Source of the DNA: an uncultured Candidatus Saccharibacteria bacterium
GTDB taxonomy: Bacteria > Patescibacteriota > Minisyncoccia > Phycocordibacterales > Phycocordibacteraceae
Assembly: GCA_964507275.1 (NCBI GenBank)
Contig: CAZDPG010000001.1
Coordinates: 468,577-532,576, forward strand
DNA: 64,000 bases
Direction: 5' to 3'
Of the stretch, positions 1 through 11,199 are shown piece by piece. Position 1 is the stretch's first letter. Each line of letters opens with the position of its first letter. The position numbers and the translations under genes were made by a program. Below the pieces are notes generated by a model. It saw only the letters and a program-made list of their open reading frames with translations. It did not search any database and was not told the origin of the DNA.

Positions 1-53
1 GATGATCGCGAATACGACCAAGAGCTCGACGAGTGTAAACCCTCGTGCCGTTT

Positions 54-833
54 TCATTGGACGGTCATAAAGGGCAGAGCCGCGATGAGAGTAAGAGGAT
101 TCCATTGGGTAAAGTACGCGAGGAGGAAGCCAGCGGCCAGAAATGGCGCGAACGGCACCTCAACTCCCATTCTAGAGCCAGCAGGCCTCCTAGCCAACAG
201 TGCTATGCCGATAACTGCCCCGATCCAGAACGAAAACATGAAGCCTGAGAGCGCAACGGGACCAGTAAGGAGCGCGAGACCGAATGCAAGTGGCGCGTCT
301 GCGAATCCCATCGCGCGTCCGCGCGAAAACACATGGAGCGCAGCGAGAAACATCGCAATAAGGAGGGCTGTGAGAAGCGTTGTGGACAAGACATCCTTCG
401 AAGGGGACGCGAAGAAAGCGGACAAAGCGCTTGCTGCAATAAACACATAGAGAAGCGGGGACGGCAGTATTTGATGCAAGAGGTCATACGAAACAAGCGC
501 GAGGAGCAACGAGAGAGAGAGGAGTGTCCAGAAGAGCGCCGCGGACACCCCAAGCGTGAGATACGCAAGAACAAAAAGGCTTCCGAGAAGGACTTCGGAA
601 AGCGGTGCGACGTACGAAATACGAGACTTGCAACAACGGGAGCGTCCGCGCGAAGCGACATAGGAAATGATAGGCAGCAGGGATGCATATTTGAGTGTGG
701 AATTGCAAGCATCGCAGCGCGAATGTCCGGTCAGGAAACTCTGCCCGGTATGAAGACGAGCGACAATCACTCCGACGAAACTCGCAATGGCTGCGCCAGT
801 CAAGAAAAAAGCGCCCGGTACCACTAACGTCAT
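54..833 (-). CDS. pilD: Prepilin peptidase (A24 family, PilD-like)
   Basis: Polytopic membrane protein. N-terminal CxxC...CxxC motifs (CDAC, RCC) typical of the prepilin peptidase zinc-binding domain. Sits at the end of the pilus operon. Confidence 0.75.
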   Translation of the reverse strand: MTLVVPGAFFLTGAAIASFVGVIVARLHTGQSFLTGHSRCDACNSTLKYASLLPIISYVASRGRSRCCKSRISYVAPLSEVLLGSLFVLAYLTLGVSAALFWTLLSLSLLLALVSYDLLHQILPSPLLYVFIAASALSAFFASPSKDVLSTTLLTALLIAMFLAALHVFSRGRAMGFADAPLAFGLALLTGPVALSGFMFSFWIGAVIGIALLARRPAGSRMGVEVPFAPFLAAGFLLAYFTQWNPLTLIAALPFMTVQ

Positions 834-897
834 ATGCTAGCCAGTATAACGTAACAGACCCTGTCAGAGACAGGGTCTGTTAGCTCAAAACGTATCG

Positions 898-1347
898 TTA
901 GCAGTTGGTTGCTGTAGCTGTGAGAGCTGCAGCGGTCGTCGTCCCCGCACCAGAACTGTCGACGCAGAAGAACGTGCCCGGTGTCGAAACGAGTTCGGCT
1001 GACACGGCGTATGCTGCCCCGTCTGCGGCGACATTACACACTACTGAACCTGTCCCATTCGCGGTATCAGCTGCCTGTACCTGCCTCAGGATGGTCGTAT
1101 CGGCGAAAAGGTTATCAGCTGCGGTACAACTACTCTCGACAGTAGCGTTCGTGCCGTAATTATTGTTGCTCGTGTAGTAGATCTGAGCCTGAGTGCGAAC
1201 CCCGGCAAGATCAGACTGGATAGCAGCATCGCTTCCCTTCGAGCGCGCGGTGTTGAGGGAGGCGAGCACGACTGACGAGAGGATACCGATGATAGCGATA
1301 ACGACGAGCAATTCGATGAGGGTGAAGCCTCGGTGAGTGCGGTTCAT
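898..1347 (-). CDS. Type IV pilin (prepilin-type N-terminal cleavage/methylation domain)
   Basis: N-term RGFTLIELLVVIAIIGILSSV is the canonical class III signal plus hydrophobic helix. C-terminal Cys pair. Confidence 0.85.
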   Translation of the reverse strand: MNRTHRGFTLIELLVVIAIIGILSSVVLASLNTARSKGSDAAIQSDLAGVRTQAQIYYTSNNNYGTNATVESSCTAADNLFADTTILRQVQAADTANGTGSVVCNVAADGAAYAVSAELVSTPGTFFCVDSSGAGTTTAAALTATATNC

Positions 1348-1369
1348 GATGATAGAGGACTACGAACGA

Positions 1370-1819
1370 TTAGCTTGCTGGGCAAACCGTAGCACCCGCG
1401 ACAAGATTCGTCACTCTTGAGCCACCGAAACCGGTCGAGTCGACGCACCAGAAGGTCGAAGCTGAGGACGAGAGCGGCGAAGAGATTGCGTAGGCGGTGC
1501 CTGAATTTCCGCACACCATAGCGCCAGCACCGTTCGCAGCGTCTGCGCCAGTAATAGCCTTTGCGATTGTTGTGTCAGCAAAGAGACTTCCTACAGCGGT
1601 ACAGGTCGAGCCGGTCGTACCATAGGAGTTGCTCGTACTACCATAGAAAATCTCAGCCTGAGTCTGGATGGTTGAGAGGTCAGATTGAATAGCGGCGTCA
1701 TTACCCTTCGAGCGCGCGGTGTTGAGGGAGGCGAGCACGACTGACGAGAGGATACCGATGATAGCGATAACGACGAGCAATTCGATGAGGGTGAAGCCGT
1801 GTGAACGATTCTTGGACAT
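1370..1819 (-). CDS. Type IV pilin, tandem paralog
   Basis: Same N-terminal about 45 aa as the neighbour (HGFTLIELLVVIAIIGILSSVVLASLNTARSKG), with a divergent C-terminal domain. Confidence 0.85.
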   Translation of the reverse strand: MSKNRSHGFTLIELLVVIAIIGILSSVVLASLNTARSKGNDAAIQSDLSTIQTQAEIFYGSTSNSYGTTGSTCTAVGSLFADTTIAKAITGADAANGAGAMVCGNSGTAYAISSPLSSSASTFWCVDSTGFGGSRVTNLVAGATVCPAS

Positions 1820-1894
1820 AATATGTTGTATGCGGTTAATAGCTAAATTGTACGCTATGCGAACCCTGAAAGGAACCGGGGTGTGGATAAACTG

Positions 1895-3100
1895 CTAGAG
1901 CGCCCCGGCGAGATTGTAGATAGGCAGGAGCACAGCGGCAAGGAGCGTTCCGACGCCGAGACCGAGGAGGACGATCATAATCGGCTCAATGAGGCCAACC
2001 AGCGTGTCCACAGCATTCATCACTTCGCGGTTATAGAACTTCGCAAGCGTCGAGAGTATTTTGCCGAGTTCTCCTGTCTCTTCGCCGACCTTCGTCATCG
2101 CGACCATAATGCTTGGGATTTCTGGATGCTTGTCGAGTGCGGCAGAGATAGGCGACCCGCCCTTCACATCCAACGCAACGTCAGCAAGAACCGCTTCATA
2201 CGCAGCATTACCAACGACCGAGCCGGTGATATCGATGGCTTCAACAACCGAGATGCCGGAAAGGAGCATGGTGGAGAAGTTGTCCGCAATACGAGAGAGA
2301 TAGAGCTTCGTATACAGATCGCCGATATAGGGGACGGTGACTTTCACTCTATCGAGGACGAGCCGACCGGATTCAGTCTTGCTGAGCTCCCATAGATAGA
2401 AGCCGCCAGCTATGATCGCGATGAGGATGAAGATTCCGTAGTGCACGAGGAAATTAGAGAAGTTTATGACGATACTCGTATAGAGTGGTATCGCCTGGCC
2501 AGAATCGACTAGAACGGCACTAATCTTCGGAATCACGAGCGTCAGCATGAGCCCCATCACGCCGAAGAAGACCGCGACGACGAAAATCGGGTAGATGAGC
2601 GCATTCTCTGCCTTGTTCATGATCTCGTATGTGCGGTCGAGATAGTCTGCAAGATAGGAGAACGTCTCTGACAGTTTTCCTGATTCTTCACCGGCACGAA
2701 CCATGTTCACATAGAATGTTTGGAAGACCTTCGGGTGGCGTGCGAGCGCTTTATGGATTGGCGTACCTCCCTGGAGGTCGTCGCCAACCGCAGAGAGGAT
2801 GATGGCGAGTTGCTTATTCTCCACTTCGGAGGCAAGCAGACGAAACACGCGCAGTGCGGAGACCTGCGCCTCGAACAGTGTTGCTATCTGCCGCGATAGG
2901 ATAACGACTTCTTTGTTACTGATGCGACTGAAGAATGAGATGTTGAGCTCGAGGAGCGAGCTTTTTTCGGCGGACTCGATCGATGAAATGATAAGATTGC
3001 GCCGCTGGAGCGACGAGACAGCAATATCCTGCGACGGCGCTTCTATCGTGCCCTGCCGTTCGTGTCCGTCTTGATCGATAGCGTGGTAGGAAAAAAGCAT
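1895..3100 (-). CDS. pilC: Type IV pilus platform protein PilC (GspF family)
   Basis: 401 aa with two GspF repeats and 3 TM segments. Typical PilC sequence features. Confidence 0.9.
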   Translation of the reverse strand: MLFSYHAIDQDGHERQGTIEAPSQDIAVSSLQRRNLIISSIESAEKSSLLELNISFFSRISNKEVVILSRQIATLFEAQVSALRVFRLLASEVENKQLAIILSAVGDDLQGGTPIHKALARHPKVFQTFYVNMVRAGEESGKLSETFSYLADYLDRTYEIMNKAENALIYPIFVVAVFFGVMGLMLTLVIPKISAVLVDSGQAIPLYTSIVINFSNFLVHYGIFILIAIIAGGFYLWELSKTESGRLVLDRVKVTVPYIGDLYTKLYLSRIADNFSTMLLSGISVVEAIDITGSVVGNAAYEAVLADVALDVKGGSPISAALDKHPEIPSIMVAMTKVGEETGELGKILSTLAKFYNREVMNAVDTLVGLIEPIMIVLLGLGVGTLLAAVLLPIYNLAGAL

Positions 3101-3109
3101 AGGAATCGA

Positions 3110-4171
3110 TTATAGATAATTCTCGAAGGTCTTCGGGTCGAGCGCGTGCTCATACGCATGCTCGACCGTCACTTCCCCGCGCTGTACAAGCTCGGCGAGC
3201 GAGCGGTCCATGTCGATCATGCCTTCCTGCGAAGAGGTCTGGACCACGGCGCTAATCTCATGCGTTCGCGAATCGCGAATGAGAGTGCTCACGGCGCTGT
3301 TGTTGATGAGAAGCTCGCACGCCGGAATGAGCCCTCCTGATATGCGAGGAATGAGACGCTGGGAGAAGATGCCTGCGAGGCTTCCTGCGAGCTGTACGCG
3401 CACCTGACCCTGCTGCTCTGCAGGGAACATGTCGATGATGCGATCGATAGTCTGCGCGGCATTATTGGTGTGCAGCGTGGATAGCACGAGGTGACCAGTC
3501 TCGGCGGCGGTCACCGCCGAAGAAATGGTCTCGTAATCGCGCATTTCACCGACCATGATGACGTCGACGTCTTCGCGGAATGCGCCTTGTAGTGCGGTGT
3601 GGAAATCCGGCGTATCGATATAGATCTCGCGCTGATGAATGAGCGACTTTTTCGGTGCGAAAAGATATTCGACAGGATCTTCAATAGTGAGGATGTGCTC
3701 TGAGCGCGACTCATTGATACGGTCGATCATAGCGGCGAGCGTTGTCGATTTCCCCTGCCCCACCGGCCCAACGACGAGGAAGAATCCCTGCTTATGCTGC
3801 GTAAAGGTCTCAAGGATAGAAGGGAGATTCAATTCGGTGAACGTACGAAGTGCATGTGGTATGAGACGGAGCGCGAGCGCGATCGTTCCCTGTGCGTAAA
3901 AACCGTTGATGCGGAAACGCGAGTCCGACTTGTGCGTATAAGAGAGATCGATAGCCTGATTCTCCCTGAAAGCTTCCCATCGATCCGACGGCACGAGGCT
4001 TTTCAATATCGCTTCGGTCTCCTCGCTGGTAAATGCTGGGTATTTCGTGATGGGAATGAGCGTGCTCGCGACACGGATCATCGGCGACCCACCGGCAAAA
4101 ATATGGAGATCCGAGCCGCCCTGACTGACGACGAGATCCAAAAGCTCCTCGAGACGCTTGTCGCTTGTCAT
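3110..4171 (-). CDS. pilT: Twitching-motility/retraction ATPase PilT
   Basis: 353 aa. Walker A GPVGQGKST, Asp box, His box. PilT-like length and motifs. Confidence 0.9.
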   Translation of the reverse strand: MTSDKRLEELLDLVVSQGGSDLHIFAGGSPMIRVASTLIPITKYPAFTSEETEAILKSLVPSDRWEAFRENQAIDLSYTHKSDSRFRINGFYAQGTIALALRLIPHALRTFTELNLPSILETFTQHKQGFFLVVGPVGQGKSTTLAAMIDRINESRSEHILTIEDPVEYLFAPKKSLIHQREIYIDTPDFHTALQGAFREDVDVIMVGEMRDYETISSAVTAAETGHLVLSTLHTNNAAQTIDRIIDMFPAEQQGQVRVQLAGSLAGIFSQRLIPRISGGLIPACELLINNSAVSTLIRDSRTHEISAVVQTSSQEGMIDMDRSLAELVQRGEVTVEHAYEHALDPKTFENYL

Positions 4172-4572
4172 AGCATTACCGGGGTTGGCGCGTTCAGTCC
4201 AAGAATACGCACCGTCTCCGCGAACACTTCCGAAGGGATTGCCGATGCTTTGATGATGTAGCCATCTGCGGCAAGCTGTTTCGCTTTCTCGACATCCGAA
4301 TCCTGTCCTTGGTTCGAAAGGAAGATGATTTTCGCCCCCTTGGCGAGACCTTCTTTCCGTATCATCTCAAGCGTCTCAAACCCTGTCATGCCCGGCATGA
4401 TGACATCGAGCAGGATCGCATGCGGTGCGGCCACTCCTTCCTTCCGAAGAGCAGCCAGGAGTTCTTCACCGCCGCCGAACACACTGACTTCATGTCCGGC
4501 ACTCTTAAACTTCACCGCGTAAAGATCGAGAAGGAATCTGTCATCATCGACAAGGTATACACGATAGACCAT
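4168..4572 (-). CDS. Stand-alone response-regulator receiver domain (CheY/PilH-like)
   Basis: 134 aa. VYLVDDD...D...LLDVIMPGMTGFE...K is receiver-domain architecture. Start overlaps the pilT stop by 4 nt. Confidence 0.8.
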   Translation of the reverse strand: MVYRVYLVDDDRFLLDLYAVKFKSAGHEVSVFGGGEELLAALRKEGVAAPHAILLDVIMPGMTGFETLEMIRKEGLAKGAKIIFLSNQGQDSDVEKAKQLAADGYIIKASAIPSEVFAETVRILGLNAPTPVML

Positions 4573-4630
4573 GCGTACAAGTATACTATATATTCCTCGT
4601 CAATTCGTATCCCCACACTTAAAACAGCGG

Positions 4631-6421
<1,791 letters not shown>

Positions 6422-6423
6422 CC

Positions 6424-6720
6424 TTATTTTTCTATAACGCCAGGGATAGGAGCAAAAGGATCGATACGCCCGGGCGTTTCAGGCGTGACGGGCGTCGTAA
6501 TATCAACAAGCGACATGAAATTCGGATCGGAGAATATCGCGCTATTGAACGAAATCGGCTTCAGTTCGCTCACGAGCACCTGAAACTGTGTTTGCGCAGC
6601 ATTCTGAGAAGAAGATGTCGTAAGTGCTGGCTGCTCCCCCTCCCCGGTGGACATAAACCAATACGCGCCGGCTGCAACGACGAGCGTGACGATGATGAGC
6701 GTTACAGGATTTGTTTTCAT
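6424..6720 (-). CDS. Small membrane-anchored pilus-operon protein (PilP-like?)
   Basis: 98 aa with an N-terminal TM anchor, then a periplasmic Ser/Thr/Pro-rich region. Sits between pilB and the pilO-like gene. Confidence 0.4.
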   Translation of the reverse strand: MKTNPVTLIIVTLVVAAGAYWFMSTGEGEQPALTTSSSQNAAQTQFQVLVSELKPISFNSAIFSDPNFMSLVDITTPVTPETPGRIDPFAPIPGVIEK

Positions 6721-6738
6721 AGCGTGAAGGAATCGATC

Positions 6739-7293
6739 TTATCGCAGCCAATAAAGGCGAAGCGCCATCTGATAATCATACACACCAGTATTAGAGCCTC
6801 GCACGACAAGATCACGGACATCGAGGAGACGCGCGCTCCCTTCGACACCTCGTAAGAAGGTCTGAAGAGCGGTGAACGTGCCGACAGCTGAGAGAGAAAG
6901 GTCGACCGAGCCCACGAGATCTGTCGTCGCTGGCAATGCACCCGAGCTCTGGCTCCGTGCGGAGGAGTCCCCGGTGACGACATCGATGTTTGCGACCGAG
7001 AGCCCCGAACGAGCCGCGAGGGCGTTGAGATCAAGAATGAGTCCGACATTATCAACCGAATCAGGCAAGAAGATGGCCAATGAGGATAGGTTCGATGGAT
7101 CGATAGAGTCACGAGCGGCGGCAAGCTGGTTCTGCTGGGCTGAATACTGCTGGGCAGCGGCAAGCGCTTCATCATCAAAGGCAATTGATTCTTTCGTGGA
7201 AGCAATCGAGCCGTTCCATACCGGATTCACATACACGAAGAATATGCCTACGGCGATGATGAGAGCTATCGAGGGAAGGATGCGGCTGTTCAT
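6739..7293 (-). CDS. PilO-like pilus assembly protein
   Basis: 184 aa with an N-terminal TM anchor and a Gln/Ala-rich coiled coil followed by a C-terminal domain. Position and architecture of PilO. Confidence 0.55.
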   Translation of the reverse strand: MNSRILPSIALIIAVGIFFVYVNPVWNGSIASTKESIAFDDEALAAAQQYSAQQNQLAAARDSIDPSNLSSLAIFLPDSVDNVGLILDLNALAARSGLSVANIDVVTGDSSARSQSSGALPATTDLVGSVDLSLSAVGTFTALQTFLRGVEGSARLLDVRDLVVRGSNTGVYDYQMALRLYWLR

Positions 7294-7892
7294 AGAGAAG
7301 GTACGGGGGCTTCGCCCGGAGAGAAGACGATCAGCTTCGGATCAAGCGACGCGGAGAAACCGAAAGAGACAGAAGAGTCTGGGAGAATGCCTATCTTCGA
7401 GAAGATAACGTCCTTGATGCGTCCATCAGAAGCGAAGGCCGCCGATGCGGCTGCGAGCGCATTAAAGTTTTTTGCAGCCCCTGATCCCTCAACCCGCGCT
7501 TTCCCCGTTGAGTCGATGGATATATGCAAAGAGGAGAACCGGACATTCGCAGGAAGGAGCTCCTCGAGCGACGAAAAGAAGTTGGACAAGGCGACATGAT
7601 TCTTCAGGAGCGATTGGCTCGCGTTCAACCGGTCGCGCAGTCGGACAAACCCTTCGACCGTGGCCGGATCGATGGCGGCGGCGGCCTTCGCAAGCGCTGC
7701 TTCACGAGACTCGAGTGTCGACGAAAGTATGCGGCCGTAGAAGAAAACACCGATCGCGAGAATGAAGATGATGCCGAGAACTGCATACGCGAAGATATCA
7801 AACAGACCAGAAAGGTTCGCGCGCGGACGTGCACGCGACGCCAATGTCTCGCGTGGCACGAATGATGTGGGGATTGTAGGAAGAAGTGCCAT
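7290..7892 (-). CDS. PilN-like pilus assembly protein
   Basis: 200 aa, single TM anchor plus periplasmic domain. Translationally coupled to the pilO-like gene and follows pilM. Confidence 0.55.
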   Translation of the reverse strand: MALLPTIPTSFVPRETLASRARPRANLSGLFDIFAYAVLGIIFILAIGVFFYGRILSSTLESREAALAKAAAAIDPATVEGFVRLRDRLNASQSLLKNHVALSNFFSSLEELLPANVRFSSLHISIDSTGKARVEGSGAAKNFNALAAASAAFASDGRIKDVIFSKIGILPDSSVSFGFSASLDPKLIVFSPGEAPVPSL

Positions 7893-7958
7893 CTCGCTTT
7901 TCAGTATACGCTACCTGTTCAAGCTACGGCGGTAGCATCTGTGCAAAACCGCGTGCAA

Positions 7959-9035
7959 TCAAATCTCTTCGAGCTTGCGGAGCGCCAGGCCGACGGCTAC
8001 AGCGAACTCCGGACCGATCTCCTCAAGGACTGGGCGCATGAATGCCGGCGCTTCGGTCTTTACAAAAGGATCCGCGACGCGCACATCGATTGAGAACGTC
8101 TCTTTCGCATAGGCGGCAAGCTCCTTTGTAACGCCGCCACCGCCAGTGAGCACGATCGAAACGACCGATTTCTTATGTGATGTCTCATACTGCATGAGCA
8201 CGCGGCGCGCCTCTGAGAATATCCGCGAGAAGACGAGCTCCGGACTTCCGAGAGGAGCATCCCCATCCCCGAGACCTTTTTCCTTCTTCAGAGCTTCAGC
8301 ACGGGCGAGCGAGACGCCACTCGAAATCGAGATAGCGCGTGTGATGTCCTGACTACCCGTACTGATAGCGTGCGAAAGAGCCACGATTCCGTGCTCGACG
8401 ACATAGGTCTTCGTCGAAGCCGCGCCGATGTCGAGCACCATGACGGGCTTTATCGGTTCATCGACGACCGCGCGTATGGTGCTGAATATCTCAATCTCAA
8501 AGAAGCTTGCATTGAGTCCTGCGCCGGCAGCGACTCTCTGAAGCAGGGCGAGCTCGTCGTTATGGACAGCCACAACAAGCACTTCTACGGTCTTGCGCTC
8601 TTCTTCCTTCTCCGAGGGGTCCATCTTCGGCACGACGAACCAATCGAGCTGAATCTCGCTCATCGGTACCGGGATATACTTCCGCGCCTCGAGCTCGATG
8701 ATGGTCTTCTGCTCTTCTTTATCCTTGCTGTACGGCAGCTCGACGAGAGAAAGGAGCGAACGAGCGAATGGAACGGAGACGCCGCAGCTTGTCGTCGTCA
8801 CTTTCGCTTCGCGCAGAAGATCTGTCAGGGTCTCGGTAACCTGCTCGGCGGAAAGATTCGTGGCTTGTCCCACTTCCCCGCCCCCATACGGACCGAGCGC
8901 AAGCTCTCCATACGTCTCGAGTATCGCCTTGCCTCCCTCCTTGCGCAGCTGCACTACCTTCAAAGAAGAAGAGCCTATATCGACGCCGAGAACGCTCTGT
9001 TCTTTCTTTGCGAATAGAAAATCCAAGAATGCCAT
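7959..9035 (-). CDS. pilM: Type IV pilus assembly protein PilM (actin-like ATPase fold)
   Basis: LGVDIGSSSLKVVQL N-terminal actin-fold motif. Start chosen at MAFLDF, since the ORF-track start at 9083 would overlap comF. Confidence 0.85.
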   Translation of the reverse strand: MAFLDFLFAKKEQSVLGVDIGSSSLKVVQLRKEGGKAILETYGELALGPYGGGEVGQATNLSAEQVTETLTDLLREAKVTTTSCGVSVPFARSLLSLVELPYSKDKEEQKTIIELEARKYIPVPMSEIQLDWFVVPKMDPSEKEEERKTVEVLVVAVHNDELALLQRVAAGAGLNASFFEIEIFSTIRAVVDEPIKPVMVLDIGAASTKTYVVEHGIVALSHAISTGSQDITRAISISSGVSLARAEALKKEKGLGDGDAPLGSPELVFSRIFSEARRVLMQYETSHKKSVVSIVLTGGGGVTKELAAYAKETFSIDVRVADPFVKTEAPAFMRPVLEEIGPEFAVAVGLALRKLEEI

Positions 9036-9049
9036 GTGAGAATAATACC

Positions 9050-9667
9050 ATGTTACGATTTTTCGACTTCCTCTTTCCTCCACGTCAGGATGAGATCACC
9101 TTGCGAGCGGTCTCTGATGACGGGTTCCTTGCACGCACCAATCCACAACTCGTGCCCCACACAGAGCCGGCGACGATCGCTCTCTTCTCGTTTTCAGACG
9201 ACGTAGTGCGTGCGGCAATCCACGAAGCCAAATATCACGGGTCATCGCGTGCCTTTCGCCTCCTTGCGCTCGCGCTCTCTGAATACCTTCGCGACGCCGA
9301 TGATCTAGGACGAGGTACGCTCTATATCGTGCCGATACCGCTCGGGGAGAAGCGGAAGAAAGAACGGGGTCTGAACCAAATCGAGGAAGTGGTACGACGG
9401 TCGCTGTCCGGTGGCTCATCTACATTTTCTTTGGAGACCGACCTCCTGCGACGTACCCGGGAGACGGCTTCGCAGGTCACCCTTCCCCGTACTGAGAGGG
9501 AGGAGAACATGCGCGGAGCCTTTTCTGCGATATTCCCCGCCAACCCTGCGCACACATATATCGTCATCGACGACGTTATCACCACCGGCGCGACGCTCCA
9601 AGCCGCTATCGATGCGCTCCGCGACGCCGGGGCGCATCATATCGTCCCGCTCGCCTTGGCGCATTAA
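9050..9667 (+). CDS. comF: ComF family phosphoribosyltransferase-domain competence protein
   Basis: C-terminal PRTase motif YIVIDDVITTGATL. Divergent from pilM. Start uncertain, 9008 or 9050. Confidence 0.75.
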   Translation: MLRFFDFLFPPRQDEITLRAVSDDGFLARTNPQLVPHTEPATIALFSFSDDVVRAAIHEAKYHGSSRAFRLLALALSEYLRDADDLGRGTLYIVPIPLGEKRKKERGLNQIEEVVRRSLSGGSSTFSLETDLLRRTRETASQVTLPRTEREENMRGAFSAIFPANPAHTYIVIDDVITTGATLQAAIDALRDAGAHHIVPLALAH

Positions 9668-9707
9668 AGAGTTAAAAATGGTCTGTTCGACATGGTAGAA
9701 TGGAGGT

Positions 9708-10709
9708 ATGGCTAAACAGTTGAAAGATAGAAGAGCCGTATTCCCCGCTGGTAAGCAAAAGTTCTTTTTAGAAAGCGTCGGACAAAAGATGACGATCGTG
9801 GACATGGCTCGCATCTGTCACTGCTCCGAACGCACGATTCGCGATTGGCGGCGAGAAAAGTTTTCTATGCCGCTTCCAGCGGTTCATACACTCTCAGCAC
9901 GAACACAGGTTTCAATTCCTAAAAACATTGAGATTAAAGATGCATACGCGCATATCGCAAAAGCAAGCAGGATGGGTGCTGCCGCAACCATTGAGAGATA
10001 TGGTCGCATTCCTCGCGATGAGCAGTACCGTAAAGAGCAGTGGCAAGCCTGGTGGGAATCAGAAGGTAAGTTCAAGAAGAATCCGATTCTTGAATCAAAA
10101 GAAATTGATAAACCAAGACGCAGCGTGGAGCTCGCAGAATTCATCGGAGTCATGATGGGCGATGGAGGCATCAGTACCTATCAGGCTACCATCACACTCC
10201 ATCACGAGGATGACCTGGAATACGCCGCCTTTGTAACAAAACTTATCAAAAGACTCTTTAAGATAACGCCGAGCGTTTATCATTTTCCGAAGAGATCTGT
10301 AAATAACATCGTCGTATCTCGGAAAGAATTGGTTGAGTATTTGTGTGCGCTTGGATTACCTATTGGAAACAAGGTGAAACAGCAACTCAATATCCCCGAA
10401 TGGATAAAGAGAAATCAGAAATTCTCGATTGCCTGCTTACGAGGACTTGTCGATACCGATGGGTGTATTTTCACCCATCGGTATCGTGCGAAAGGCATCT
10501 GGTACGCTTATAAGAAAATTTCTTTCACGAGCGCTTCAGAGCCATTGCGAAAGTCAGTCCACGCCATTCTGCAAGAACTAGGATTTCATCCACGAGTAGC
10601 TACTCACGATGTACGCCTCGATCGGATTGAGGATGTGAAGCGATATTTTGCAATCATCGGCAGCCATAATCCGAAACATTTGAGAAGATACGGAAATACG
10701 CTAGGATAG
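9708..10709 (+). CDS. LAGLIDADG homing-endonuclease-like protein with N-terminal HTH
   Basis: Two LAGLIDADG-type motifs, FIGVMMGDGGIS and LRGLVDTDGCIF. N-terminal 60 aa are HTH-like (MARICHCSERTIRDWRRE). Lower GC than neighbours. Confidence 0.7.
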   Translation: MAKQLKDRRAVFPAGKQKFFLESVGQKMTIVDMARICHCSERTIRDWRREKFSMPLPAVHTLSARTQVSIPKNIEIKDAYAHIAKASRMGAAATIERYGRIPRDEQYRKEQWQAWWESEGKFKKNPILESKEIDKPRRSVELAEFIGVMMGDGGISTYQATITLHHEDDLEYAAFVTKLIKRLFKITPSVYHFPKRSVNNIVVSRKELVEYLCALGLPIGNKVKQQLNIPEWIKRNQKFSIACLRGLVDTDGCIFTHRYRAKGIWYAYKKISFTSASEPLRKSVHAILQELGFHPRVATHDVRLDRIEDVKRYFAIIGSHNPKHLRRYGNTLG

Positions 10710-10716
10710 CCATACG

Positions 10717-10805
10717 GGATGGGTGACTGAGTGGCCGAAAGTACCACACTGCTAACGTGGCAGGGGCGTTAAAACCCCTCGAGGGTTCGAATCCCTCCCC
10801 ATCCG
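10717..10805 (+). tRNA. tRNA-Ser (anticodon GCU)
   Basis: Acceptor GGATGGG/CCCATCC, anticodon loop CUGCUAA, long variable arm, T-loop GGTTCGAATCC, discriminator G. CCA not encoded. Confidence 0.85.
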
Positions 10806-10814
10806 CACATCAAT

Positions 10815-10847
10815 ACAACAGCCGGCGCATGTAGCGCCGGCTGTTGT
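10815..10847. terminator. Stem-loop between convergent tRNA and DUF378 gene (possible bidirectional terminator)
   Basis: Perfect inverted repeat ACAACAGCCGGCGC-ATGT-AGCGCCGGCTGTTGT. Weak U tract. Confidence 0.4.
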
Positions 10848-10876
10848 ATATGTCCGCTAAAGCGCGGAAGGAGTTT

Positions 10877-11107
10877 CTACATCCCTGCTGGGTTGCATTC
10901 GCGGCAATCACCCTTGTGCGAGAACATGAGGGAAAGTGCTGAGAGACCGACAAGCAGGTAGACGAGGTTCTCGACTGCCGGCCATGAGCCGAGGACGAGG
11001 TTTACGACGTTCCAGTTGGCGCTCATGTATGTGCCGAGTGCGACGAGACCCCAGTTGAGTCCGCCGATAACGACGAGAGCGAACGAAATCCAATGCAATG
11101 ATTTCAT
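10877..11107 (-). CDS. DUF378-family small membrane protein
   Basis: Two TM helices with the GGLNWGLVAL motif typical of DUF378. Start taken at MKSLHW. Confidence 0.55.
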   Translation of the reverse strand: MKSLHWISFALVVIGGLNWGLVALGTYMSANWNVVNLVLGSWPAVENLVYLLVGLSALSLMFSHKGDCRECNPAGM

Positions 11108-11199
11108 GCTGGTGAGTATATTACTGCGGGGGATAATCCGCTTCCTATAGTATGACTCTCTTTGAGACCGCAAAAAGTCCTCCTGTGCAAAACTCGATA

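Noticed and set aside
203-827. Multiple overlapping ORFs (203-712 minus, 333-827 plus, 85-450 plus) inside the pilD region
   Set aside because: Only the 54-833 minus frame gives a polytopic membrane protein with prepilin-peptidase Cys motifs. The others are frame shadows.
9008-9083. Apparent 76-bp overlap of the divergent pilM and comF ORFs
   Set aside because: Resolved by choosing internal starts that match family N-termini (pilM MAFLDF at 9035, comF MLRFFDF at 9050). The longer ORF-track starts are probably upstream in-frame extensions.
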